DNA from: Octopus bimaculoides
Lineage: Eukaryota
DNA length: 64,000 nt
Reading direction: 5' to 3'
Assembly (NCBI RefSeq): GCF_001194135.2
Contig: NC_068983.1
Span: forward strand, 80,086,434-80,150,433
The notes under the pieces are model-generated. The model saw only the letters and a list, made by a program, of their open reading frames with translations, made no database searches and was not told where the DNA came from. Below are positions 51,075 to 63,742 of this stretch, one piece after another; position 1 is the stretch's first letter; every line of letters begins with the position of its first letter. A program made the translations under genes and the position numbers.

Positions 51075-54000
51075 GTAAGTGGCAAACATTTCTTCGCAAT
51101 AATTCTCACTTGAGAGACATTGTGCTTCCTTTAAAAAGATGAAAAGAATTTTATAGAACAGAACTTGGTTTTGTTTTGTTGTTTGTTTGGAATCACTGAT
51201 TTTTATTGTGCCTTCAATATTTGATTGTTCAGCTCTCAGGAATCCAAGGTACTTGATAAAATCCAATTCAGTTGCAGATTTTTTGCAGATTTTTTTTTTA
51301 TAATGTCTTTGATAGAAATTTACTAGTATTTAATAAAGAATTTGTAACTATATTACATTTTCTTTGATGAGTTCCCAAAATCATAGATTACGTAGATTGT
51401 TGAATGTATACAGGAAAAATTACTTCACAATGTGAATATGTAATGTCTATAAATGAAATAGTATACTGGATGGAAAAGTGCTGTAAGTTTATATTGGAAG
51501 TAACCAAAATAGAAGTAGCAAACATGGTAATGTTTGTAAAGAAGTTTAAGATCTGATAACTCTTAAAACCTGTTGAGAAAATGACAATCAAGTATTTCCT
51601 GAGGATCACAAGATGTATTACTGATCTTTTTCTTCAGTTTTGTGTGTCTTTGTTATCTTGTGCTTTGAAAAAAGATAAATTCTCAATACATCATTCAAGA
51701 AGAGTTGTTGCTGTTGTTGTTGTTGTTGTTGTTTAGCCATAAGTCAGTCTACATTGAGCAGATCCTTGATCAAAGGTTTTCCAGCTGTGATCAATGTTGT
51801 TTTGTTTCAGGTTGTGAATTATATTATCCAATGTGTCCTTCCTTTTTTAATGATGCAAACATGAAACAAAACCAAAGTAAAAAGTCTCTTCTAACTATTC
51901 AATCAACCTGCTGGAAATAGCTGCCAAATCTCCCTCACACTACATCCTAGTCTAAAACATGGCAGGACACATTTGATAATGTATTCTTAGATTCAGTAGG
52001 ATTCTGTTGAAGAGATATTTTGATATTTGTATAACACCATTATACTTTGAGGTGACATCTGATCAAATATGTCATTTATGTTTTAACTTCTCTTAATCTT
52101 AGCATTTTGCTGGTCTCACATCAATTTTTGAGGCATCTCAAATCTCACTTAACATTATCTGACCAGTATTCCTTTATGGATTCCTATAGATCAATACCAT
52201 CTCCATGTAAATGAAACCCTGTTTTAACAACTTGTCCTCAACAAATTACCAAACCAATGTGGATTTTCTAAACTAAGATGTATTCACATTGGCAATGTAT
52301 GTTACTTCACTCAGACTAATAGTATACTGTGTGTCAATGAAGCTTACACATCCACACACATGCATGTGTGTGTGGGTGTGTGTGTCTTCTCAATCATAGA
52401 TTTCTTTCTTCTGTGCATCAGTAAAGACTAGTAAAAAGTCATCTAAAAAAGATATGAGAAATTGTCTTTTACATAATCGCTGATATCGAAACTACTTTAT
52501 GCTATTCAGATAGCATTTAATATTTCAGATGGACAAATGATAACTGTAAAACAGCCAGCCCATGCATATATAGAAACATACATACTCAACACACGCACAC
52601 ACAAACACATGCGCACGTGTATATAAGAAAGTTAATATTTGACTCTGGTTGTTGTTGTTTTTCATTTACTTTAAATGGTTACATATGATTATTAGTGAAA
52701 TCAGAATTTTTTGTTTTTTCATATATATTCTGAAGATCAAAATGTATAGAGCAAGAAAAAGTAAGCAAATGACATTAGAGAAATTCAGATATTCTCCAAC
52801 AAATATCTGTTAATTATTACATTGAAATATTTCTTTTAATTTGTTAGAAAAGTATGAGAGAAGTTTTTCTTTATATGCCTGTTTTAAAAAAAAAAATCAA
52901 GTTATTCATTTTATGTCTCTTTGATTTCTGAAATGAGCCATTTTCACTTGAGAGCAGCTATACTAAGGTGTAAGTGCAAGAATCTGGGGATTCATTGATA
53001 GAGATGCCATTTAAGGCATAACTAGAGTTATAATTTTAAGTTAAAGGCAAGATCATATCAGCTTTTCATTTATTTTTTTTTTGTAAGGAATAGTAAAGCA
53101 TAGAATCTGAGAAATGTTATGTTGGTCTAAATCAGCAAATATATTCTATGCCATGGAGAATAAGAAGAACAGGAGTCTAACATTTCAGACAGAAAGAAAA
53201 GTTGTTTACTTGTGTTCCTGGATTAGGAGTATCCATTCTCTATTCAGAATATATTCGTGATAACCACAGATACAATGTTTAAGTATCTTATCATAGATAA
53301 GAGTATCTTTAAGGACTTTTTTCATTACTGCTTTAATACCTCTCAAAATGTATATAAACATGATTTTTGAACAGCTAATAGCTTCAAGTAACAAGAATAT
53401 ACAATCTAAGTTGTACTTCATATAAACAGCAAAATGCTCTTATTTAAATCCTGGTTCCTAGCATCAAGTGCATTTCAGATTCTATAGAGTGATTACAAAT
53501 GGCTTAATTTCTTGTTCACATAACCCATTTCCACTTTGAATCTCCAATCTGTTTTGAGCCTTTAGCCATTTCTTATCTTTTATTTATACACTTCTCTTCC
53601 ATTTACAACAAATACAATGGTAATCAACTTACAATGTACTTAGGCTGTTGCAGAATAAAATTTATGTTGGCTTCAACTGTACGTTTATTTTATCGTAACT
53701 ATGGCACAGGGAATTTTAATGATTATTTCACACTGTCCAAAGCTATTCAGTGTGCTGTGCATACTGGTATTCATCAAATGTTCATCGATATTTATTTAGT
53801 TGACAATAAACCAAACCTAAATTAGAATGAACTTATTTAACGAGAATGTTTTCTCATGCAGCGTATTAGCTTCTCTAATTGAATGAAGCTTACAGGATCA
53901 ATGAAAATAAATTACATTCTCTTTTTACATCTTGTGACAATTTGACATTGAAAGCTTACAACTATTTTATTCATTGGCTTTCTTAAATTTAAAATATTAC

Positions 54001-54444
54001 TCAGAAACCCAAATATAAGTTGCTACGAAATCATCCCAAATATTCCCAATGTAAACTTTTTTAAGATTATTTTCTTCCCTTCCATTTCAAAAGTAACAAT
54101 AATTTCAAATGATTTGAAAATATTAAATATTATAAAATCTGGGAACAAATCATTAATAAACAAATATGATATATTAATGAAATTATTTAACATAAGGAAC
54201 AGACATCATGATAATTGAAAATAGGTGTGATATCTGTCTTCACAAAATAATTGAAAATTATAAAACCATTTATAGTTAATGATCTCACTATTAATTTAAC
54301 ATTAACTATTTATAATTTGAAGCTGTAGCATTTATTTTATGTTGTAAATAAGGTTTAGTAATTTTGAATCTAATATCCAAAACAGTTATTCATTAATTCC
54401 TCTTTTACAATAGATGAAGTAGAATGAAACATTGAAATTCCTCA

Positions 54445-55560
54445 ATAAACTCCCCGCCTCCCAAAGTTGGTGGCCTTGTGCCAGAATTTGAAACCAATTT
54501 TAGGAGTGGGGAATTGGCAGGCATATTAGGGCATCAGAGAAAATAGTTTGTAATATTTATTTTTCCCACCACTTTAGGTTCTGAGTTCAAATCCTACCAG
54601 GATCAACTTTGCCTTTCACATCTTCAAGGTTGATTAACATAAATATTAATCAAATACTGGTGTCAGTTTAATCAACTAAAACCTTCCCTTCAAATTTCAA
54701 GCTTTGTGCCTATGTTACAAATAATTATTATTAGTTTTAAGAGTGAAGCGGCAAGCTGGTAGATTTGCTAGCACATCGGACTAAATGCAGTATTTTGCCT
54801 GTTGCTATGCTCTGAGTTCAAATTCTGCTAAGGTTGACTTTGTTTTAATCCTTTCGGGATCACTAAATGAAATATCAGTGAAACACCAGGTTGATGTGAT
54901 TGACTAGTCCCCTCCCACAAAATTTCAGGCCTTGTGCCTTTCATTGAAGAGATTATTAATTTTAAGAGTAATGAACTAGACACTTATGGTATTTAGAGAT
55001 GCCTCGCTATATGCTTTGAGTTCAGCTCCTAAGGTCAATTTTGCAGTGCATTCTTCTGAGTGGGGAGCATTCAATAAAATAAACTAACATTCAAGTACTT
55101 AATGTTGATATCATCAACTGGTATCTCACTCTGTTTCATGTTAGAAATCATTATTATTGTTGTTAATGAGGTGGCAAGCTGGCAGGATCGTTAGCATACA
55201 ATGGCAAATGCTTAGCAGCATCTTGACCGTCCTTATGTTCTGAGTTCAAATTCCACTGATGTCAACTTTGCCTTTCATCTTTTCAAGGTCAATAAATTAA
55301 ATACCAGTGAAACACTGGGGTTGGTGTAATCAACTAGTCCCCTCCCCTGAAATTTCAGGCCTTCTACCTTTAGTAGAAAAGATTATTATTATTGTTAACA
55401 ATCAAGGTAGTGAGCTGGCAGTGTTTCATCCATCTACATTCTGAGTTCAAATCCTGCCAAAGTCGACTTTGCCCTTGAGCCTTTTGAGATCGATGTAATC
55501 AACTAGTCCCCTCTCCCAAGATTCTGGCCTTGTGCCTATAGTAGAAAGAACTATTGTTAG
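54445..55560 (+). mobile_element. Head-to-tail cluster of about five family C SINEs plus a tail fragment
   Basis: The B-box-like TCTGAGTTCAAAT recurs at ~54579, 54811, 55015 (degenerate), 55238 and 55439. Most units end in GCCTTGTGCCT...(ATT)n-like tails. Confidence 0.88.
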
Positions 55561-58500
55561 CAATGCTATGTCACTGATGTCTGGAATTCCCATATAATAT
55601 TTCCAAGTCTTAGAAATATTATTTGTTCACTCCTTACAAGTTTTCTCTAACCTTTAAGCTACACAAGATTCAAAAATATAAAAATAAATAAAACAATATG
55701 TTTTTTTAGAATATGAAGATGCCATTACTAGTCAGAGGTGTCAACTGTTTCAACTAACCATGAAATTCAGTATTGCTTTAGAATTATTCCAACATGAGTT
55801 TGAAATAAGGCTAATTTTCTTTTATATTTATCTGTAACAAAATAAGAACAGTTCAGTTTTTATTGCCTAATGGAATTTCATAAAGAAAAAAGTTTTACTT
55901 GGAAAATTTGGCTTTTTTTTCATGTAAAAAACTTTGGTTTTACTATTTAATATGTATATAGTCTAAAAATCTGGAAATAAGTTAATGGAAAAAATCTATT
56001 TTATTATATATATGGAAATACAATCAAAATGAAGAATACTATTGATTTCTTTTTCTTTTTTTTTGTAATTTCTGTCAATCAAGTTGTCTATTCAGCTGCT
56101 TTTCTCTTTTTACTCTGTTTTACATGAGCAATTTGATGATGATGATAATCGTGATCATGACGATGATGATCATGATGGTGATGATGCTATTTATTCAAAA
56201 TATTTTAGAAGATTTAAATTTTAAATTTTTTTTCCTTATTCTTCTTGGTTGATATAGCACTAGCATTGAATTTGTTGATTGCCGTTTTGAAAGATTGAAG
56301 ATTGGAACCATGTGTAAATATTGATTATCTAATGAACTCTGAAAAGGAACAGTTTGGCGAAAGAATAAGCAGTTGCCATGAAATTCTCTTGAGAGGAATA
56401 GTTCTTTTTTTTTATATGTTGATTTTCTAACAAAGCTGTAAAAAGAAAATAGATCCTCTTCTGAACATTGGGTGTGTTAGTAACAACAGAACAACTATCA
56501 ATGTATAAAATTGGTTATTGAAAAGATATACATGAGAGTTAGCTAATGAGATTCACATTTTTCTAAATCAAGAAACTCAAGTGTAATGAAAAACAGTATT
56601 TGTTTAGCTGGAAATTTCTAATACTGTACTGCATCAGCCAATTCTTGTGAAGTTCATTAGAATTCTTAAATCTCATGTTTTCCTTTAGTTTCACATTACA
56701 ATCATTTTTAATCATCTATTTTTAACTTACTATTCTATAAAGCTAAGATTTTTATATTCCCATCTTTATAGACATAAAGAGTTAAATTTCATATTAACAA
56801 TTAATAAAAGATTGTTATTTAGAATTTTAAAAGATTAAAGTGTATTTTATGGCCTAAATATTTTCTTTGAAAAATTTGAATGTAAAGTTAAGTTATATAC
56901 TTTTTTTTGTATAAATGATTGTAAATATTCAGGTATTTAAATGAAATGTTTTAGTAGGCCTTTTATTGTTGGTTGCTATCCTGGGAGGAAGAAAAAGAAA
57001 GAAAAAAATCACACACATTAACAACTGAATTTCAGTGGTGCTTGTAGATTAGGCTTTGCTTTGAGGTAAAAGTAAACAATAGTTCATACAAACTTGTCAT
57101 AATTTGGCTAAATTATTAATAGCAAACTTAGAATTTTATATATGAAAAATGCAACCTGATTCTAAATATATTTCTCTTTTAGCTTGATTTTCTATAATTT
57201 TTTTCTTTTATTGATCACAGCTGAAAAATATCTATAACATAGAAATAAAAAAAAACTCACTGAGGATCTTTGATATATGAAAATTATAATTCTTCTACAA
57301 ATACAAATATTTTATTTGAATTTGTTTTTTGATCTTCATTTTATTCATTGTAGATTTCTGTTAAATTTTTTGTGATCTAGCGTTTCACCAGTCTTTATGC
57401 TAACATGATCACCAGAGTTCTATTGCCTACCATGGTCTACAGTGCTGTGTGATATTCTTATGTTTCTCAGAATTCTTCAAAGTATTTTGAATATGTTAGC
57501 AAATTGAAGTTTGACAACTTCATAGAATTTTATATACTATTAGCAACTTAGCTTTGTATTTTCTTAACTGCTTGAAATTAAATTTATATCTTATATTGAA
57601 TTTGAATATTTAGTGTTTATAGCGATTGATTCTGACTATTGTTATCTTATCATACATTAAAACCATGGTCCCTCTTTATCTCTTCTTAGTATAATGATGA
57701 ATTTTTAACTTTTACTCAATTACTGTCTTTGATGTTATTCATATTTAAGAAATGGAAGTTATAAAAGCAATAAGATGTATAACTATACCAGACACATTTA
57801 TTTTCTCTTGTGATGCATGAAAGATTCTAGAAGAAAGAATTTGTTCTTGCAACTTTTCTCTCTCATATTCAAACATTTGCTAATATTTAATATACTAAAG
57901 CTTTTGTGGGTGGTGAATATTGAAACAATTGTACATGTTTAGAGTTATAGTGAGGAAAATCCCAATAGATGTGGGCTAGCATTTTAAGTATGCACAGAAA
58001 TCGTACTAATATATTTACATTAAAGTAATAAAGTGTGTTTAGACTATTAATGTCACTTTCTGTGGTTTTATATATGGTTTTATATAACTATATTTACATC
58101 TAATTGGCTTTGGGTGCTATATTTTTACATTTGTTTTACTTACCCCCAAGAGTTTAGAAACTGAATACTATAATGTTTTAAGGGTAACAGTCTTAAAGTA
58201 AAGCAATATTATCTGAAACTCTGATCAAAATATAGTTTAAATAAAAATGTAAAATAAGTTAATAGTTATTGTATCAACCCTTACGTTTTGATATTGCATA
58301 TCTTAAAACAAAAATATAATTCACTTGTAATAAGGTTGGTAAAACAAGGGAAATAACTCTAACCTTACCTATTTCAAAGTTACTCTTAACCTAAATATAG
58401 TTGCTTAAAAGTTTTATATTCAACTTGTTTCACTTTGATTATATAGTTAGTTCGATTTATTTTGTTATAATCGTTTTCTAAATTCATAGAAAGTGTTATA

Positions 58501-58959
58501 TAATTAGATTAAATACATCAAAGTGGATTGTGGATTCCATAAATTTCTTTCAGGAAAGTTTATTCTTCAATTCATATTACTTCTCGACAGTAGCTGATGC
58601 AGTTACTTAATTACTTCTTAACCAGTTTTGTTTTGTTTTATTATTGTGGTTGTTTGATAAGGATTATTATTTGTTATGTTATTCTAAGGGGAATTACTCT
58701 TCAATGGTGAACCTTAATTAGGATATCAAGAAAATTTTAACTTCATGTTTGAAAATATTAAAATAATCTGGTTATTAAAAGATGATTTCAGGTTTTGTGA
58801 TTTAAAAAGATAATTATTTAGTTTAAGTTCTCTGAAGATATTTCTTTCATTAAAAGGAATTAGTTCATTGTTAACCCCGAGTTAGTGTACGTTTAAGCAA
58901 GCATCTAATCAATTGTGATCCCATCCTTACCATCCTGTCTTATTTTCAGACATAATGGA

Positions 58960-59223
58960 CTCTCTCATCAAAGAGTATGTATGAATGTTCATCTTGTGCC
59001 AAATGACCTGCACAAATAATTTGTTTATAGTGATCAAATAACTCACTCCATCCATCAAATTGATGTTGCCTGGACAGGTGCACGATGTACCACGCACCAG
59101 GTTTCAAAGCGATTGCAGAACAACACGAGATGAAGTGCTTTGCTCAGGAACACAGTGCACCACTCACTGGGGATTGAAGCCACGATCGCGAGTGCAACAC
59201 CCTAACCACAAGGCCATGCATCT
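58960..59223 (-). mobile_element. SINE family D-like, nested in a family E copy
   Basis: The reverse complement has a ATGGCCTTGTGGTTAGGGTGTTGCACTCGCGATCGTGGCTTCAATCCC head. Family E halves flank it at ~58866-58960 and ~59285-59380. Confidence 0.75.
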
Positions 59224-59403
59224 TAACACTGGACAGATGGTCTAGTGGTTAGGGTGTTACATTCACATAGGCTACCTAAAATACCATTATTTAATGTGTC
59301 CATCCATTTTAAGATTGGCTGTAATTTGAAGGAGAGTTGGCTGTAATTCTAGTTTGTCAGGCTACCTTGTAAAGATTCCCTTGTTTCTATACACGATGTA
59401 TGT

Positions 59404-60170
59404 ATCATCATCATCATCCTTTAATGTCTTTTTTCTATGCTGGAATGGGTTGGATTGTTTGACAAGAGCTGGCAAGCCAGAGGGTTGAACCAAGCTCTGT
59501 TGTCTGTTTTGACATGCTTTTTATGGCTGAATCCCCTTCCTAATGCCAACCACTTTACTGAGTGTATTGGGTGCTTTTATCATAGCACCAGCTCCAGTAG
59601 AGTCACCAAGTAACTTGCAAAACAAGACAAAGTCCTCTCAGCTGGAGATATTAGTATTGAGGGAAGTGGCTTAGCACCAGTTGATGAGAAGTTAAAAGAA
59701 TGATAGAGGGATAGAGATAGGTGTCTTGATGTAGAAGAGATACAAGGATAAACCAGTTAGAGAAAGGGAAAGAAAAAGCAACTTAGAGAGAATATAGAGA
59801 TGGAGAGAGTGAGAGAGATGGTGGTGGATATGTGTTGGAATATACCCTCAAAGTATAGTGGGTGTTGAAAATAGGTGAAGTGATACAGAGGATTGGGCTG
59901 GGTGAGCAGGCATGAGGGAGGAGGAGGTGGGTAGTTTCATAAGAGTATGAGGAGAGATGATTTGATGGGGTAGACTGTAATACTTGAAGGTGAGGGATAT
60001 AAGAGTGGCTCCCCTTGAGCCACTCCTATATCTCTCACCTTCAATTATGTTAGATATGTGAGAGCATTAAGAGTGATAGATTAAATAAGGCGTTAAGGAT
60101 GGAGCATACCACAGAAGAGAGAGCATGTCTCGAGGAAGATAAAGGAAGATAATGAGGAATGGAAATGGTT
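59404..60170 (-). mobile_element. Decayed non-LTR 3' fragment with (GAT)n tail on the minus strand
   Basis: (CAT)n at 59404, then the reverse complement of the family tail (CCCTTCCTAATGCCAACCACTTTAC), continuing into purine-rich LINE-like sequence. Clade not assignable. Confidence 0.55.
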
Positions 60171-60391
60171 CTGGGGTGGCAAGCAGACGTTAAACGATGA
60201 TGATGATGATGATGATATATATATATATATATATATAACTGAAATGTTTCATAGAAGTCACTCCACGAATAATTACTTTTGACAAGTAGTCAAATGCGTA
60301 ATCAGAATTTCTATCAGAATAAGACTTTAATAAACTTTAAATTAGATTAATCAACCTTAAATTAAATTTTATATTCTTTATGAAGTACAAG

Positions 60392-60736
60392 CATCATTAT
60401 CATTATCATTTTAATGTCTACTTTTCCATGCTTACATGGGTCATATGAAAGTATGTTGGTGCAGAATTTTCTATGACCAGACAGCCTTCTTGTTAGCTGC
60501 GCCCATCTGTTTCCAAGCAATCTCTTATTTTATCAAACAACAAAACATGTTTACATGGAGAACTAGAAACATGTCACACTATGAATGAGCTTTTGGTTTA
60601 CAAAGATTGCACAACATATCAACACGTCAGAAAACCTGGACATGGTTTCACTAAGACCTGCAAACAGCACTATCTGCATTAACAGGAAGGCTGTTGTTTA
60701 CAACCAGTGAACATATATGAAGACAAAGGATAATAC

Positions 60737-60800
<64 letters not shown>

Positions 60801-60957
60801 TGACTTCTTCCAGCTTCCATCTACCAAATCCATTCATAAGGATGTGGTCAGCTCAAGGCTATAGTACTCACTTAACCAAGGTGCCACACAGTAGAACTGA
60901 ACCCAAAATGATTTAGTTCAGAAGTAAACTCTATAACCACACAGCCATGCCTGTCCC
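60392..60957 (-). mobile_element. SINE with family A head and (GAT)n-type tail, expanded internal (CT)n(CA)n
   Basis: Head at 60805-60957 in reverse orientation, microsatellite at 60739-60800, tail CATCATT...TTTTCCATGCTTACATGGG at 60392. Confidence 0.7.
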
Positions 60958-61324
60958 ATCTTAGAAGAAAAACCACTGATTCATTTTTAAGCATTAATGA
61001 AGGTAAAAAAAAAAAAAAAAATTTCTTTCCAGGAAAGTTTATGAGACTAGAAACAAGAAAATATTGCTTTCATTTACTCCATAATGATGTGCAAGTATGT
61101 ATCTTAGGAAGTATGCTTAAGGAAAAGTGTGATATAAACTTGTTTGGAAGAAATCCCTGGTCTCTTTAGGATTTAGTAGGTCAGAATTGTCCTTTTTAGA
61201 TTTTTTTAGGAGATTCTACATAGTCCACTAATCTGCTAGAAATAACAGCCAAATCTCCTTCAAAGCACATCTTACTGTTTTAAAATAAGGAAAGGTTATA
61301 GTAGATAAAGTTTTGGGCTGTTTC

Positions 61325-61601
61325 TATTTATTTGCTGTGTCTGGAGGATGGAGCAGTCCCAGTGGCCTTTGTAGAACACTTCCCCCTCCTTCTGGTCTGG
61401 TCAGATTGATGTCATTAATGTTCTTTTTGAAACTTTGAAAGACAGCACCTGCCGAAAAGATATGAGCAAGGATAGAATTCCAGAGGGCCAACATTCTAGA
61501 AAGGATGGGCTGAGAGTAGTGATTAGTGCATGGCAGAGGAGAATTGAAGCCAACATCTTTATGGTCATTAGCCAAACATCCTAACCATTGAGCCATGTGT
61601 C
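61325..61601 (-). mobile_element. tRNA-headed SINE-like element with a different body
   Basis: The reverse complement starts GACACATGGCTCAATGGTTAGGATG...GGCTTCAATTCTCC (A/B boxes). The body is unlike the other families here. Confidence 0.55.
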
Positions 61602-63742
61602 TTCACACACATATGGGGAGAGAGAGAGTTAACAGAGGAGATTGAGATCCAGCCATGATCAATACAGAAAACACAAAGTAGCACTCAAATGACTTGAACT
61701 TTCACTATGAAATCTTTACCAAGGACTAAGTGTGTGTGTGTGTTTGTGTGTGCGCACATGCACACACAGAGTAATCTTCTACTTAGTTAACCCAAGGCTA
61801 TGGGACCAGACACTTGCCCAAGATGCTGCATGATAGAATCAAGTCCGGGACCACATGAATGTGAAGCAAACTTCTTAACCATACACAGCCATGCCAAAGT
61901 CCCAGGGCTCTACAGTAACACAGATCATACATATCTCATATTGTATGCTTTTATACGATGAGAAAAAAACCTTGGTTGTCAAGGGAAATTACATTTTTGC
62001 TGAAAATTTTGCACCACTTTAGTACAGTTACTATTACCATCATACTTCCACCTGAAGTATCCACAATCCCTACCTAGTTATCAGAACTTACATGGAAGCC
62101 CTCTCTGATTGTCAGTACAAGGTTGCACTAATTCCTGCTACATGAGCACTTATAGTGCATCTAAACTTCTGATTCCAATCAGTCTACAAAAGGTCTCACA
62201 TCCTGTTTTCCTATTTACCGCTTCATTGGGTACATAATAGTCAGCTCCTGTATATATAGTAGTATTACTTCACAAATACAGTTGGGTTTTGTGTGTTGGA
62301 CTGCTACATACATTTTCGGCTTCTCTCTAAGTTAACTATTAGTTTTTTTGTTATTATTTTTTCATTTTGTTTTGTTTTTTTCACCTACTCTTCCAAGTTT
62401 GGGATTTTTCTGCAATTCTTCAAAATGCTTTTGTTTGCTTTTATTTGCTTTAAGAAGAAATCTGTGGCCAGGTTCTCTATAAACATTGATTTGTTAACAA
62501 AATTTCTCATTTCCTCCACTAAACTTGCTTTAGTAATTTCATACAAATCATTTTTCACATAACTACAGAATGTAAGACCTGATATTGATCATCTCTTGTT
62601 AATAATATAGTATTTTTTAAAATTTTTAGCTAAATACTTCTCTTGCAGTGGCTTCACTTGAAATATCACTTATTTTAGGTCTTGAAATAATCCACAACTG
62701 CATTCTCATCAACATTATCATCATCTTCATTTTATGTCTGCTTTTTGATTCTTTAATTTCACCGTAATGACAAATCATTTATCTCTGAGCTGGTTGTTAT
62801 TGTTACTTAACTCCTGGTCAGCCCTGAATTAATAGATCAATAATCATATATTCCAGCCATAACTATTCTGTCTTATTCATGCAGTATATATGCAGGACAT
62901 TACCCATTGTTACCATTTTTTAATATAATAGAATGAGGCAGATTTTTGCTACTATTTCTAGCAGTTTAGATGATCACATAGCAGTAGTTCATGTTATTCT
63001 TCATAATAGTAATTGTTGTTCAGAACAGATCTTCCATAATCAAACAAACCTATAACCAAAGGCATTCCAGCCATGACAATCCCATCTTTCCAGGTGTCAT
63101 GTAGCCCAGACAACATTATACAGTGTGTCTTTTTTTCAACATGATAGAGTATGATTTGAAGGGAAGATTTGGCTGCTATTTTTAGCATGTTGAGCAACCA
63201 AGTCGACACTGCTGCTTTTACTGTAAATCATTGAATAAACCTAAATATGTTAACAATCCATCTTGGTGCTTTCAATAACTGTCTCTGAAATGCATACAGC
63301 TTTTTTTATCTTTGTGTCTTTAATTTTATAGCCATCTTCTTACTTGGCTCTACAACTAGTTTTTCTGTTGGTTACTTTTCTACTCCTCATAGAAACATCA
63401 TCAACGATTCTCATTTTTCTTATGGGATTTAAAGGCAAATGCACTCATATTATTTCATACTGCAACTCAATGACATCTTGATTTGTCTGGTTACACTTTC
63501 TTGCAACTGAAAATATTTTCTGTTAATTACCACTATGTTGCCTACAGTAAGACTAAGGTTGACAATTCTATCCACTCAACTTAGTAACTTTTATTATATG
63601 ATTTTTTTTTTTTTGCTTCTGTACTTAAAGTACATCTCTTCTTCCAGTATCAGAATTAATAATTAATTTGATGGTATTTTTCCTTTCTTCTGAGGTGCAG
63701 GAATGATTGTGTGGTTAAGAACTTTACTTCACAAGTACATGG

